Origin: Nitrosopumilus sp.
GTDB lineage: Archaea; Thermoproteota; Nitrososphaeria; Nitrososphaerales; Nitrosopumilaceae
Direction: 5' to 3'
NCBI GenBank assembly: GCA_965205675.1
Contig: OZ242186.1
Location: forward strand, 864,001-928,000
DNA length: 64,000 bases
In this document: positions 44,328 to 54,029 of the stretch, in pieces
How positions within the stretch are numbered: position 1 is the stretch's first letter
Layout of the letters: every line of letters starts with the position of its first letter
The notes under the pieces: generated by a model
Told to the model about the DNA's origin: nothing
Database searches by the model: none
The model's input: only the letters and a program-made list of their open reading frames with translations
Translations under genes and position numbers: made by a program

Positions 44328-44441
44328 TTATTTTGTTTTATATTTCACATTGCATGAAGGACAAAACCATGTTGCTGCTTCTCCTTGTTCTCTAAACATA
44401 AATCCTCCACATTTTGGACATGGTGCTACTTCGTCACTCAT
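44328..44441 (-). CDS. 37-aa Zn-ribbon microprotein (not in ORF track)
   Basis: MSDEVAPCPKCGGFMFREQGEAATWFCPSCNVKYKTK, directly downstream of map. Confidence 0.65.
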   Translation of the reverse strand: MSDEVAPCPKCGGFMFREQGEAATWFCPSCNVKYKTK

Positions 44442-44457
44442 GTATTTTCATATTGTT

Positions 44458-45366
44458 TTATTCTGCTCTAGTTGTTACTGTAACTCCGTTTTCATTTGGA
44501 ATGAATGTGTGTTCTGCTTGAGCCACTCTTTGTTCATTAACTTCAACTAATACTGGGTATGCCTGAACTGTTTTTTTCTTTATCAGAAAATCTAATAGTT
44601 CCCTTGCCTCTTTCTCTTCCCATTCTTTTGTAATCCATCTTAATGCAAATGGCAACATATTGCAATTCTCCCATATGAAATCAAGTAGATTATTGGCTTT
44701 ATCGTTTTTTGTTTTCTTTCTTGAATTTAATGCAAAAATATTTTTTATTTTCCCATTTCTCACAAATCCTCCCCCTTGCTCTGTTGTCACAAACGGCTCA
44801 CATGCATAGGCAGAATTTTCTGAAAGTGAAAAACCCCCAATTGACCAAATATTTGGAATTGATTTTCCTGCATGAATTGTATATTGATCTAATGAGTGAC
44901 CACTGAGATTTGCAATTGGTCTGAATCCCATCTTCTTAATTGTTGTTTCAATGGTTCTTCCAATGTCGCTTGCTTTGACCCCTGTTTTTATCATTGACAT
45001 TGCGCTTCCCAATGCTTCTTCTGCGGCTTGTACTAGTCCATCAAATTGTGCATCATAACAAACAGTGACGGCTGTATCTGCAATATATCCCTCAATTTGT
45101 GCACCCAGATCAATTTTTACTAAATCTGTATCTTTGATTGTAATCGGATCATTTGGCTCTGCTGTATAGTGAGCTGCAATTTCATTTATGCTGGCATTTA
45201 CTGGAAATGCACACTTTGCACCTCTCTTTTTAATTTCATTTTCAACTTCTTCACAAATCTCAAAAACTGTTTTACCTATCCAGTTTTTCCCTCTTACCAT
45301 TTCTCTTACTTCTGCTGCAATTTTACCTGCTTTGATGTATTGTTCTGGTTGCATGATTTTGTTCAT
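44458..45366 (-). CDS. map: Methionine aminopeptidase type II
   Basis: AFPVN, AAHYT, KIDLG, DTA, GH, EPF, QAEHT. Confidence 0.95.
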   Translation of the reverse strand: MNKIMQPEQYIKAGKIAAEVREMVRGKNWIGKTVFEICEEVENEIKKRGAKCAFPVNASINEIAAHYTAEPNDPITIKDTDLVKIDLGAQIEGYIADTAVTVCYDAQFDGLVQAAEEALGSAMSMIKTGVKASDIGRTIETTIKKMGFRPIANLSGHSLDQYTIHAGKSIPNIWSIGGFSLSENSAYACEPFVTTEQGGGFVRNGKIKNIFALNSRKKTKNDKANNLLDFIWENCNMLPFALRWITKEWEEKEARELLDFLIKKKTVQAYPVLVEVNEQRVAQAEHTFIPNENGVTVTTRAE

Positions 45367-46440
45367 TATTTTACCCTTAAAATGATTGCTTCAATTATTG
45401 CTCTGTGAATTATTTGATTATCTCCGGAAAACTAGTTCTCTTTAATGAATCATTTTGTATCCGTATCTTCAATCCTTTTGAGAATGTTTTATCTCTTAGT
45501 TTTTAATGCAATACTAGATTTTTAAACCCCTTTGAGGTTTTGATGATTCTAATCCTACTATTATTGAATTTATTAAATGAAATATGGTCTAAATAACGAC
45601 AATGGAAATAATGATGAAATTACATCCCTTACCCAAGTAGGAAAAACATTATCTCCGATAGAAAAAAAGCACAAAGAATAACTACAAAATAATTAAAAAA
45701 CAAAAAAATCATTAGGTTCCACCTTAGAAAAATATACAATCATTAGAAATGATTATTAGAAATGATTATTAAAAATAGATATTAGAATAAAACATTTGTA
45801 CTCTTTAGATAGAATTGGTTTTTATCTTTAAAAACTATTCAAACCTTTCAACTTTTTTTTCAAATCTACTATGTGATTATGTTCATTTATGATAATGTTA
45901 TTTGTCTAGTACAATTATATATTTAGATGTGACTTGATACCAACCCTAGTTGCTGTAAGTGATCTTCTTGCAACAAATGAATTCTATGATGTGACATATC
46001 TCAATTTTTAAACATAAATTATCATCCAAACTTTTGATTCAAAAATAAATCTATACAGAAAAAAAGTACAAGTTCGTCTTCTTTGTATTGATTTTATTGC
46101 TGATCATTTTGCTGTTGCTGTATGTTATCTGGAAAGTCATGATTTACAATCAATTTTACAATTGGCAGATATCCACTTTGATTATCTGGATTGAGAGTAT
46201 GTGGCATAAATCTGCAGAAAGTGGCAAAGTCTATTTTAGTAGAATTCACATCATTACACGAGACGCACACACATACAAATGACTATTTCTTAGTTGAAAT
46301 TAACTTTCACACAACTCTTGTTTTTTCATTTTTCTCTTTATTCGAATTTTATTTTTAATGCCATATTTGTTGAATTTTTAATATTTTTTGTTTCTGATTG
46401 ATTATGTGACTCTTAAATTGGATAATTTTATTGGTTTGTT

Positions 46441-46524
46441 GGGATTGTGGTCTAGCTTTGTATGATTCTGCGTTTGGGGTGCACTGGCGGAAATCCAAAT
46501 TTTCCCAAACCTCCCCCCGCACCA
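46441..46524 (+). pseudogene. Degenerate tRNA fragments: tRNA-Pro(TGG)-like 5' half and an unrelated tRNA-like 3' end
   Basis: gggattgtggtctagctttgtatgattctgcgtttggg resembles archaeal tRNA-Pro through the anticodon; ends ccccccgcacca; no T-arm and no acceptor-stem pairing. Confidence 0.5.
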
Positions 46525-46557
46525 TTATCTTATTATCGAATCATCTCATAGTATAAT

Positions 46558-46629
46558 TGCCGGACGATGAAGAAGAGTTAGAGTAATGACTTTGATATGA
46601 AGTAAACTAATTGGGTCTGAGTTCCGGCA
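46558..46629 (+). ncRNA. Candidate box C/D methylation-guide sRNA
   Basis: Terminal stem tgccgga/tccggca, box C-like ACGATGA, D'-like ATGA, box D CTGA at 46617, followed by a T-tract. Confidence 0.6.
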
Positions 46630-46653
46630 TCTTTTTATGAATTATCCTATTTT

Positions 46654-46908
46654 TTGGATTTATTGAAATTCGAAAGACGCGATATTGTGTTAATTGCTGG
46701 GATTTTTCTAGTTGTACTTGGAATCACACAATATGTCCCTTTTCAGTATTCTGTCTTGATTGGAATTGCAATATATTTTGGAATCAAAATGTATGTGACA
46801 AAAAGGCAGCGATCTATTGAAGATGCTGTTGGAGATGGAATATGTATGGAATGTGGTTCTAAAATTATTGGAGGAAAATGCTCAAACTGTGACTATTTTC
46901 AAGGATAA
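46654..46908 (+). CDS. Small membrane protein with C-terminal Zn ribbon
   Basis: Two TM segments plus CMECG..CSNC. Confidence 0.7.
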   Translation: MDLLKFERRDIVLIAGIFLVVLGITQYVPFQYSVLIGIAIYFGIKMYVTKRQRSIEDAVGDGICMECGSKIIGGKCSNCDYFQG

Positions 46909-47045
46909 TTCCTACGTGTATCTTAATAGTAAAAAACCCCGTTAATTTTTGATGGTTTTAATATATTGGACTTTAACAACTAGCTCAACTTTTCCTCAAT
47001 TCCATTCTAAAATGAGACTTTTAGTCAATCAAATCAGGAATCAAC

Positions 47046-50000
47046 ATGAATTATAATCTAATACTGATATTTTCTATACTTTTTTCTGTTGGAATTTTAA
47101 TTCCAGCTTATGCTCAAACTAGTGAAAATATTGTAATTAATGAAGTTGACATAAATCCGTCTGGTGATGATTCTGCATCTATATCTGAATGGATTGAACT
47201 TTACAATCCCGCTGATTCTGATGTTGATATTGGTGAGTGGAAAATTGCATCCACTACTGCCCTTAAAAAAACCCTGATTATTCCCTCTGGTACTGTTATT
47301 GAACCTGAGGAATTTCTAGTATTTTCATATCAAAATCTCTGGTTTACTGATACAAATGAGTCTGTAGAGCTATTAGATAGCAATGGCATTGTAATTGATA
47401 AAACTCCTGTCTTCTCTGATCCTGAAAATAGTTTTATTTCTTGGCAACGACTTTATGATGGATATGATTCTGATTCTGATAGTGATTGGAAATTTGTACA
47501 GTCTAGTACTGGTTCAACAAATGGGAAATTAATACAATCCAAAAATTCTGATGAAGTTGGTGTATCTGTATCTACAACCAAATCTTCTTATGTTTTTGGA
47601 GACTCTGCAATAATTAAAGGAAGCATTTCTAAAGAAATTGCTACTGTTCAATCTTATTTCTTACCTGTTCAAATTTTGGTAAATATATCTGGGCCAAATT
47701 TTGACACCGTTGTTCCTTTGTATCCTGATTTAAATTTGAATTATAAAACAACGCTTAGTTTACACCAAATTCTTGGTATCCATGAAGGTAATTATGATGT
47801 CGCTGTAACTTATGGTAATGCAACTGCTAACACAAGCTTCTCAGTAGGCTATGAAACAATTAAACAAGAAACAACACAAGATGCAGAACTAAGTATTGTT
47901 ACTGATAAATCTCAATACATTCCTGGACAGTTAGTTTCAATAACTGGGTTTACATCAGATGTGATCCCATATGAGGGAATGAAATTTACTCTTACTGATT
48001 CAAGCGGCAAATTAACTGCAAACGGCAACCTTTTCCCTACTGACGGTAAATTTTTGACTAGTGTTTTTCTCAATAATATTGATCCTGTTCTTGGTACTTA
48101 TAATATAATTGCTGAATATTCTGAGAAATCTGCTTCAACTAGTTTTGAAGTTGTCGAAGATGTAAAAGAAGATGTTCTCATTTCTCTCTGGACTGACAAA
48201 GCTGCTTATGGTACTGGCGATAAAGTACAAATTACTGGTAGGTTGAACCATGCTTGGGTTAGTGCTCTTGATTTAAAGATTGTACAAACCAAGCAATCAA
48301 CTGCAGGTTCTTCTTTGAATGGAAGTGATACTGGATTTAAAATTCTCGACGGTGTACAAGTTCTGGGTGATGGATTTTTCACTTATAGTTTTACAATCCC
48401 AGATCATATGAATAGGCTTGGTGATTACAGAATTAGCGTCTCTAAAGATATCGGCGCTGCTGATATCATTGTTTATGTAGTTGAAAATCCTGACGAGTTT
48501 GTTGTATCTGACATTCCTTTGACTGTTACATCTGATAAAGCAATCTATGACATTAATGATAAAATAGTTCTAAGTGGATTTGTTAAAGATTCTTTTGGTG
48601 ATTCTAGTTCCCAAAATAACCCTGTTGTAAATATCTCTATTTCTAATGAAGATGGTGCTCCTTTAGAAATTACTGCATTAGCTTCTCGAGATGATAGTGA
48701 TGATGGTAAATCTGTTGATTATGATTTTACAGCTGTTCCTGAAACATCTGGTCGTTATTCTGTACAAATCGATTTATCTCCGAGTATCTTCTCTGTAGGA
48801 ACATATGTGGTAAAATCTCAATATTTGGACGATGTTGCAAGAAGCACTTTCATGATTATTGATCCTCTTGATTTAACTGATGGTGCAATTATCACAACTG
48901 ATAAAGAAGTTTATGGTTTGGGGGAGACTGTTTTCCTTACTGGTGTTGTTCCTCCTACATCTATTCAAGGAATTGACATTTTTGTAACCAAACCTGATGG
49001 CACTGTAACAAAATCTGGAACATCTTTTGATAACCAACGCTTTTCATGGTCCTGGGATACGCCTAAATCTGAATCATCTCAGCACACTGACTCTGCTAAA
49101 AGATCTGCGCTGAAATCTAATTTTGGCATATACAAAATAACAGTGTATATGGATAGTTTCAGAGAAAATATCTTCTTCAAAGTTTCTGAAGATCCTGAAA
49201 ATGATTTCTTATCTGATGTTCCTCTCTTTATCTCTACTGAAAAATCATTATACAAAGCTGGTGAAAAATTAAAAGTAATTGGAAATGTTATCCAACATGA
49301 TCAAGGTGATGAAGGTCTACGAGTTCCTCCACGTGTAACTATTCAAATCTCTGATGATACTTTACCATTTAAACACATTCATGAATCTAGTGTTTATCCT
49401 ACCCAAGGTGGTGGTTTTACCGGTCTTTTTGAATTACCTGCCACCATCTTTTCTGAGGGATCATATACTGTAAAAGCGTCTTATCTTGGTGCCTCTGATG
49501 ATGTTTCTTTTAGTATTGTAAATGATTTTGCTTTTGGCGGTGATGACGATCTTGCTCTTTTGTTATCTACTGATAAATCTGAATATTATCCTGGTGATGT
49601 TGTACTGATTACTGGAAAACCAAACAAGTTAATTTATCTTAACGGATTTGATGTAAGTGTTACGCAAAAATCTGATGATGAGATAACATGTGGTTCTTTT
49701 GTTTGTGGTGTTCATGACAGTCCTTCAACATTTATTCGCCCAAGCTCTTCGGGTTCTTTTACACATCAATTTGCGATTCCTGATACCTCTTCTGCTGTAG
49801 GAACTTACAAAATAACAGTCGATGCTGATTTTGAGAAAAAATCCATTGAATTTAATGTAGTTGAAAAGCCACAACCTCTAAAACCTGGCACTATAGTTGA
49901 AAAAGTAAATAGGATTTCTGAATCTGCCATCCTTGTTGCTACTGGAGAAAAAATAATTGATGATATGCCTGTCATACCTCGAGTACTTTCTGGCTCTCTA

Positions 50001-50321
50001 TTAACTCCTGATCGTGGAGATGAATCTGATGTCAATCTCAAAGTTTTATCTGATTCTGGAATTTGTATTATTGGTCCTGATGATGATTGTTTAGTTAAAG
50101 AATCTACTAGAAAGCGTGGTCAAATCTATGACGTTGTTAATGTAGATGGAATTAATTTCAATGTTAGATATAGTGGGCCTGATGTACGTTTAGAAAAATT
50201 CAGTATTCTACCTGAATCTTTAGAATCTTTCTTGCCTGATGTATATTGGGTTGTTAAAGTACTAAAAGATGATCAAGTTTCACAATTTTATTATAAAATA
50301 ACTTACAAAATTTCAGAGTAA
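47046..50321 (+). CDS. Large secreted protein with a lamin-tail domain and repeated Ig/MG-like domains
   Basis: Signal peptide (IPAYA), IVINEV...EWIELYNP, repeated TDKxxYxxGD motifs. Confidence 0.85.
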   Translation: MNYNLILIFSILFSVGILIPAYAQTSENIVINEVDINPSGDDSASISEWIELYNPADSDVDIGEWKIASTTALKKTLIIPSGTVIEPEEFLVFSYQNLWFTDTNESVELLDSNGIVIDKTPVFSDPENSFISWQRLYDGYDSDSDSDWKFVQSSTGSTNGKLIQSKNSDEVGVSVSTTKSSYVFGDSAIIKGSISKEIATVQSYFLPVQILVNISGPNFDTVVPLYPDLNLNYKTTLSLHQILGIHEGNYDVAVTYGNATANTSFSVGYETIKQETTQDAELSIVTDKSQYIPGQLVSITGFTSDVIPYEGMKFTLTDSSGKLTANGNLFPTDGKFLTSVFLNNIDPVLGTYNIIAEYSEKSASTSFEVVEDVKEDVLISLWTDKAAYGTGDKVQITGRLNHAWVSALDLKIVQTKQSTAGSSLNGSDTGFKILDGVQVLGDGFFTYSFTIPDHMNRLGDYRISVSKDIGAADIIVYVVENPDEFVVSDIPLTVTSDKAIYDINDKIVLSGFVKDSFGDSSSQNNPVVNISISNEDGAPLEITALASRDDSDDGKSVDYDFTAVPETSGRYSVQIDLSPSIFSVGTYVVKSQYLDDVARSTFMIIDPLDLTDGAIITTDKEVYGLGETVFLTGVVPPTSIQGIDIFVTKPDGTVTKSGTSFDNQRFSWSWDTPKSESSQHTDSAKRSALKSNFGIYKITVYMDSFRENIFFKVSEDPENDFLSDVPLFISTEKSLYKAGEKLKVIGNVIQHDQGDEGLRVPPRVTIQISDDTLPFKHIHESSVYPTQGGGFTGLFELPATIFSEGSYTVKASYLGASDDVSFSIVNDFAFGGDDDLALLLSTDKSEYYPGDVVLITGKPNKLIYLNGFDVSVTQKSDDEITCGSFVCGVHDSPSTFIRPSSSGSFTHQFAIPDTSSAVGTYKITVDADFEKKSIEFNVVEKPQPLKPGTIVEKVNRISESAILVATGEKIIDDMPVIPRVLSGSLLTPDRGDESDVNLKVLSDSGICIIGPDDDCLVKESTRKRGQIYDVVNVDGINFNVRYSGPDVRLEKFSILPESLESFLPDVYWVVKVLKDDQVSQFYYKITYKISE

Positions 50322-50346
50322 ATTCCAAATACTCTGATTATTATCT

Positions 50347-50847
50347 TTGTTTGCAGTGAAATTACAAGTTTTAATGTTTTACCAAGACGATCCTAAAAAA
50401 TGCACAGCTGCTAAAATGATAAAATTTGGACTTGCACAAAACATCAAAAAAATTGGCTCAAATGGGTTGGTATTAGATCCTTTTTCTGAAAAAACTTTGT
50501 TACCTAAAGATAAATCTGTGATTCGTTCTATAATTGGTATTGATTGTTCTTGGAATCTTGCAGATCAGGCATTTTCTAAAAATTTTGCTGGAATTAAAAG
50601 AAAACTCCCTCCTTTACTTGCAGGTAACCCTGTGAATTATTCTAAATTAAATAAATTAACTACTGTTGAAGCACTGGCTGCATCCTTGTTTATTCTTGGT
50701 TGTGGGAATCAAGCTTTAAAATTACTTGACAAATTCAAATGGGGTCATACTTTTTATGATCTTAATGAAAATCTAATCCGAGAATATTCGAAGCTAGAAG
50801 ATGAGTCTCAAATTGAATTAATTTTAAAAGATTATAGACTGGGTTGA
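50347..50847 (+). CDS. tsr3: 16S rRNA aminocarboxypropyltransferase Tsr3
   Basis: DDPKKCT, IDCSW, RKLP.LLAGNPVNY, L.TVEA, FKWG.TF. Confidence 0.93.
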   Translation: MFAVKLQVLMFYQDDPKKCTAAKMIKFGLAQNIKKIGSNGLVLDPFSEKTLLPKDKSVIRSIIGIDCSWNLADQAFSKNFAGIKRKLPPLLAGNPVNYSKLNKLTTVEALAASLFILGCGNQALKLLDKFKWGHTFYDLNENLIREYSKLEDESQIELILKDYRLG

Positions 50848-53297
50848 TCTCTTTTTTTCAGATATATTATAATTCCAATAATGATAGCTATTGGAACTAT
50901 GAGTAATTCGTACTCTTGATTATTTTCTGAAAATTTGATATTTTCATATGTATTTTTTGGTAATTCTAATTGATTCTCTGTTACAATGAAACTTGACTCA
51001 TAAAAATCTGGTTTCAACACTGAATTTGACACTGCAAATATTTTGATGCTATTTGCTCCTGCCTCTAGTTCTTCTGTATGCTTAGAGTCTATGTTAATTA
51101 CATTGTTATTATCCTTAATGTCTAGTTTGTCTGAAATTATTTTCTCCCCTTGACTATTTGTTAAAAAATACAATATTGAGTCTGTATTCTTTGTTTCAAT
51201 TTCTATTGTAATTATATTTCCTCTTTGTATGATGTCATCTATCTTGATCTTTGTAATTAATGGAAATTTTGTGTTTTCAAATCCTGACCATTCTCCTTTT
51301 TTAAATGGATATGATTTATCTTCAAATGAATTAATCCTGATTGTTCTTGATTCTGGGGAATATTCTTCTAGATAAAATGGGCCATTGCTAATTATTGCAT
51401 GATTCTTTGCATCAATCCATTTTATTGATGCATCATATCTATTTTGATAATATTCTATGTTATCTTCATTTTCTTCTAGTGGCTTTGGAATGTGATTAAT
51501 ATTTTTGAATTCATGTAAATATTCTTTGATAATCTTTGCATCATTTGGAATAATCAATGATAACCAGTTGACATTTTTACTTACTGCCCCTGATCTTGAA
51601 AATGATACTTTTCCATCTATTACTGATTTTTCCATAGCTGCTGTAATTTCCCATGGCATTGGAGTTGTTATACTTGCCCAATCTGCAATTTCCCCCTCAT
51701 CAAAATGCCAATAGTCTACATATACTTCAACGGTGTCTTCGTCAATTGGCTTTATTCCTTTAATTGTTTGAATGCTTTGCGCTGCACGTGGTGTGAATTC
51801 TGTATCAAAAGTTTTATCATTCTCATCTTCTTGTGTTCCCCACTCTATTGTAAAGTATAATGCATACATGATGTCATTCATATCCATCTTTTCTCCGTTG
51901 TGCCAATTACTGAGTTTTACATCAAATGTTACTTTACTGGTGGCAAATGTACCTGCTTTGATCTTTTCCCATTTTTGTAATGTTGGGTCCCAAATTTTTG
52001 CATCTTGAGGAATTGCTAATTTGTTATTTGGTCCTGCTGTATCTACTTGCCAATCTGCCCTAATTGGGATGGTCTCGCCTGTAAATGGATGTTTGAATGT
52101 TGGAGGATCTGAAATTGTATTCCAAATTTGTACGCTGTAACTATCTGTCATCCCCATTACTGGATTCCATGCTCCTTGATAGATCTGCTTTACTCCAATC
52201 ACTAATTCCTCATGATCACTTTTTGCATTTATTGGTGTGAACCTGCTTGGAACCCCTGCCCCAAAATCATTTACCACTCCGTTGATTTTTTCATTTACTA
52301 CATATTGATCAATTTTGTTTGCAAGAAAGATTCTAACTGACTCATTGATTCCTTCTACTACTGCTTCTTGAATTAGCTCTACTCTTTGTTCGGATGTCTC
52401 AAAATCACTTGTGTATATCTTTTGAGTAATTGTATCTAATTTTTCATTTTCATAATTCCAATATGCTGGATCATTAAACCCTGGCATGTTTGAAAACCAA
52501 GGTGAATACATGTGTCCTAGCCCTGTAGAATCATATTTTACAAATGCCGAACGTTGCCATGCTTCTGTATATAAATTCCATTTCACATCTGATGGATCTG
52601 AACCATAAACTATGACAAATGCTTTATTCAAATCACCAAAATCTTTTTTGACTGTAAATCCTATTTTTTCTAGTTCTGTTCCTAGTATCTCCCCTATCGA
52701 TTTTCTTATAGGATCATCACTTCTGATAAAAATTGTAATTTCTATTGGTTTTTCTTTGATGTGCCATCTCCCTTCTTTTTTAATTGCTCCTTTTTCTATT
52801 AGTGAGTTAGAAATAATTTCTTTTGCTAACGTTGGATTGTATTTGAAATTAAACGTCTCTAATTGTTCAATTATTGTAAGGAATTCTGGACTTGTTGTGC
52901 CATAATATGAAATACTTGCAAATCCATATCCTCCCATTAACTCATTTACTATCAAATTCCTGTCTACTAGATAATTTAAGGCAAATCTGATATTCTTGTC
53001 TGAAAAAGGATTGAATTCTTCTGATTCTGCAGGGTTTACTAGTATGCTATAAAATCTGCTTGTTGCATCAAATACTTGCAATCCTTCTCGGTCTTGATGA
53101 TCTTCTAACCTTTCTGCAGAGATCGTATCATAATATATGTCTAGATTGCCGTTTCTTACTTCTTCTAATGCTGTATTCTCATCAAGATATTGAATAAATT
53201 TAACTGAATCAAAAAATGTGTTCTTTTCTGCAAATGAATCATAAAATCCTATCGATGTTACTAAAACAGCTAGTATGATAACTAGCATTTTTTTCAT
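50832..53297 (-). CDS. ABC peptide/nickel transporter substrate-binding protein (family 5)
   Basis: NPF...IRFALNYLVDR, WHNG..M...DI.Y, SNGPFYL; signal peptide and C-terminal TM helix. Confidence 0.88.
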   Translation of the reverse strand: MKKMLVIILAVLVTSIGFYDSFAEKNTFFDSVKFIQYLDENTALEEVRNGNLDIYYDTISAERLEDHQDREGLQVFDATSRFYSILVNPAESEEFNPFSDKNIRFALNYLVDRNLIVNELMGGYGFASISYYGTTSPEFLTIIEQLETFNFKYNPTLAKEIISNSLIEKGAIKKEGRWHIKEKPIEITIFIRSDDPIRKSIGEILGTELEKIGFTVKKDFGDLNKAFVIVYGSDPSDVKWNLYTEAWQRSAFVKYDSTGLGHMYSPWFSNMPGFNDPAYWNYENEKLDTITQKIYTSDFETSEQRVELIQEAVVEGINESVRIFLANKIDQYVVNEKINGVVNDFGAGVPSRFTPINAKSDHEELVIGVKQIYQGAWNPVMGMTDSYSVQIWNTISDPPTFKHPFTGETIPIRADWQVDTAGPNNKLAIPQDAKIWDPTLQKWEKIKAGTFATSKVTFDVKLSNWHNGEKMDMNDIMYALYFTIEWGTQEDENDKTFDTEFTPRAAQSIQTIKGIKPIDEDTVEVYVDYWHFDEGEIADWASITTPMPWEITAAMEKSVIDGKVSFSRSGAVSKNVNWLSLIIPNDAKIIKEYLHEFKNINHIPKPLEENEDNIEYYQNRYDASIKWIDAKNHAIISNGPFYLEEYSPESRTIRINSFEDKSYPFKKGEWSGFENTKFPLITKIKIDDIIQRGNIITIEIETKNTDSILYFLTNSQGEKIISDKLDIKDNNNVINIDSKHTEELEAGANSIKIFAVSNSVLKPDFYESSFIVTENQLELPKNTYENIKFSENNQEYELLIVPIAIIIGIIIYLKKRDQPSL

Positions 53298-53372
53298 ATT
53301 CTTTCTTTTAAAACCATGTACTAAAACCTATGTTATAACTTCTGTATTGCATTTCTTAAAACCTATATTTCC

Positions 53373-54029
53373 GTGATGAATCAAAAACTACAATTGAAAA
53401 TTCACCCTAAAATGATAACTGGTTTGCAAGGGATAATTCCTGGTGGCATATCTGTTGAAGATTTTTCCGCCGTTACCAAAATACATGATGATGAATCTAA
53501 GATAATTTTAGATGAATTCATTAAAAATAATATTGGTTTAGAACAAGAAGATTCTTACTATTTTGAAGATGGAGATAAGTTAAAAATTGCTGTTTCTTTA
53601 TTAGAAAAAGGATGTCCGATTGATGAAATATCTATCGCTTTAGGATGGCGAGATTTTGAGGGTTTAACTGCAGAAATTTTATCTGAAAAAAATTTTGCAG
53701 TAATTAAAAACATGATGCTCACGAAACCTAGGATGGAAATTGACGTTATTGGTATTAGACTTGGCATTGCTATTTTGATTGATTGTAAACACTGGAAATA
53801 CTATAGTTCTTCTGCTTTATCCACTGCTGTTAAAAAACAAATTGCGAGAACCCGACAATATGTTGCAAAAACTCCCGGAGCAGTTGCAGTACCTGTAATT
53901 GTAACGTTATACCAAGACAAAATTGATTTTATTCAAAATGTCCCAATAGTTCCTATTTTCCAATTTGCATCATTTATTGATGAATTTTATGGAAATATTG
54001 ATCAGATGGCTACTATAGGAACAAACTAG
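53373..54029 (+). CDS. Mrr/NERD-like PD-(D/E)xK nuclease-domain protein
   Basis: WRDFEGL, EIDVIG...IDCKHW. Confidence 0.8.
   Translation: MMNQKLQLKIHPKMITGLQGIIPGGISVEDFSAVTKIHDDESKIILDEFIKNNIGLEQEDSYYFEDGDKLKIAVSLLEKGCPIDEISIALGWRDFEGLTAEILSEKNFAVIKNMMLTKPRMEIDVIGIRLGIAILIDCKHWKYYSSSALSTAVKKQIARTRQYVAKTPGAVAVPVIVTLYQDKIDFIQNVPIVPIFQFASFIDEFYGNIDQMATIGTN

Noticed and set aside
45742-45790. Short tandem repeat attagaaatgatt
   Set aside because: Two to three degenerate AT-rich units with no spacers; simple slippage.
53373-54029. Stand-alone defence nuclease
   Set aside because: Sits among core-type genes with no partner MTase or mobility signs; treated as an ordinary conserved gene.
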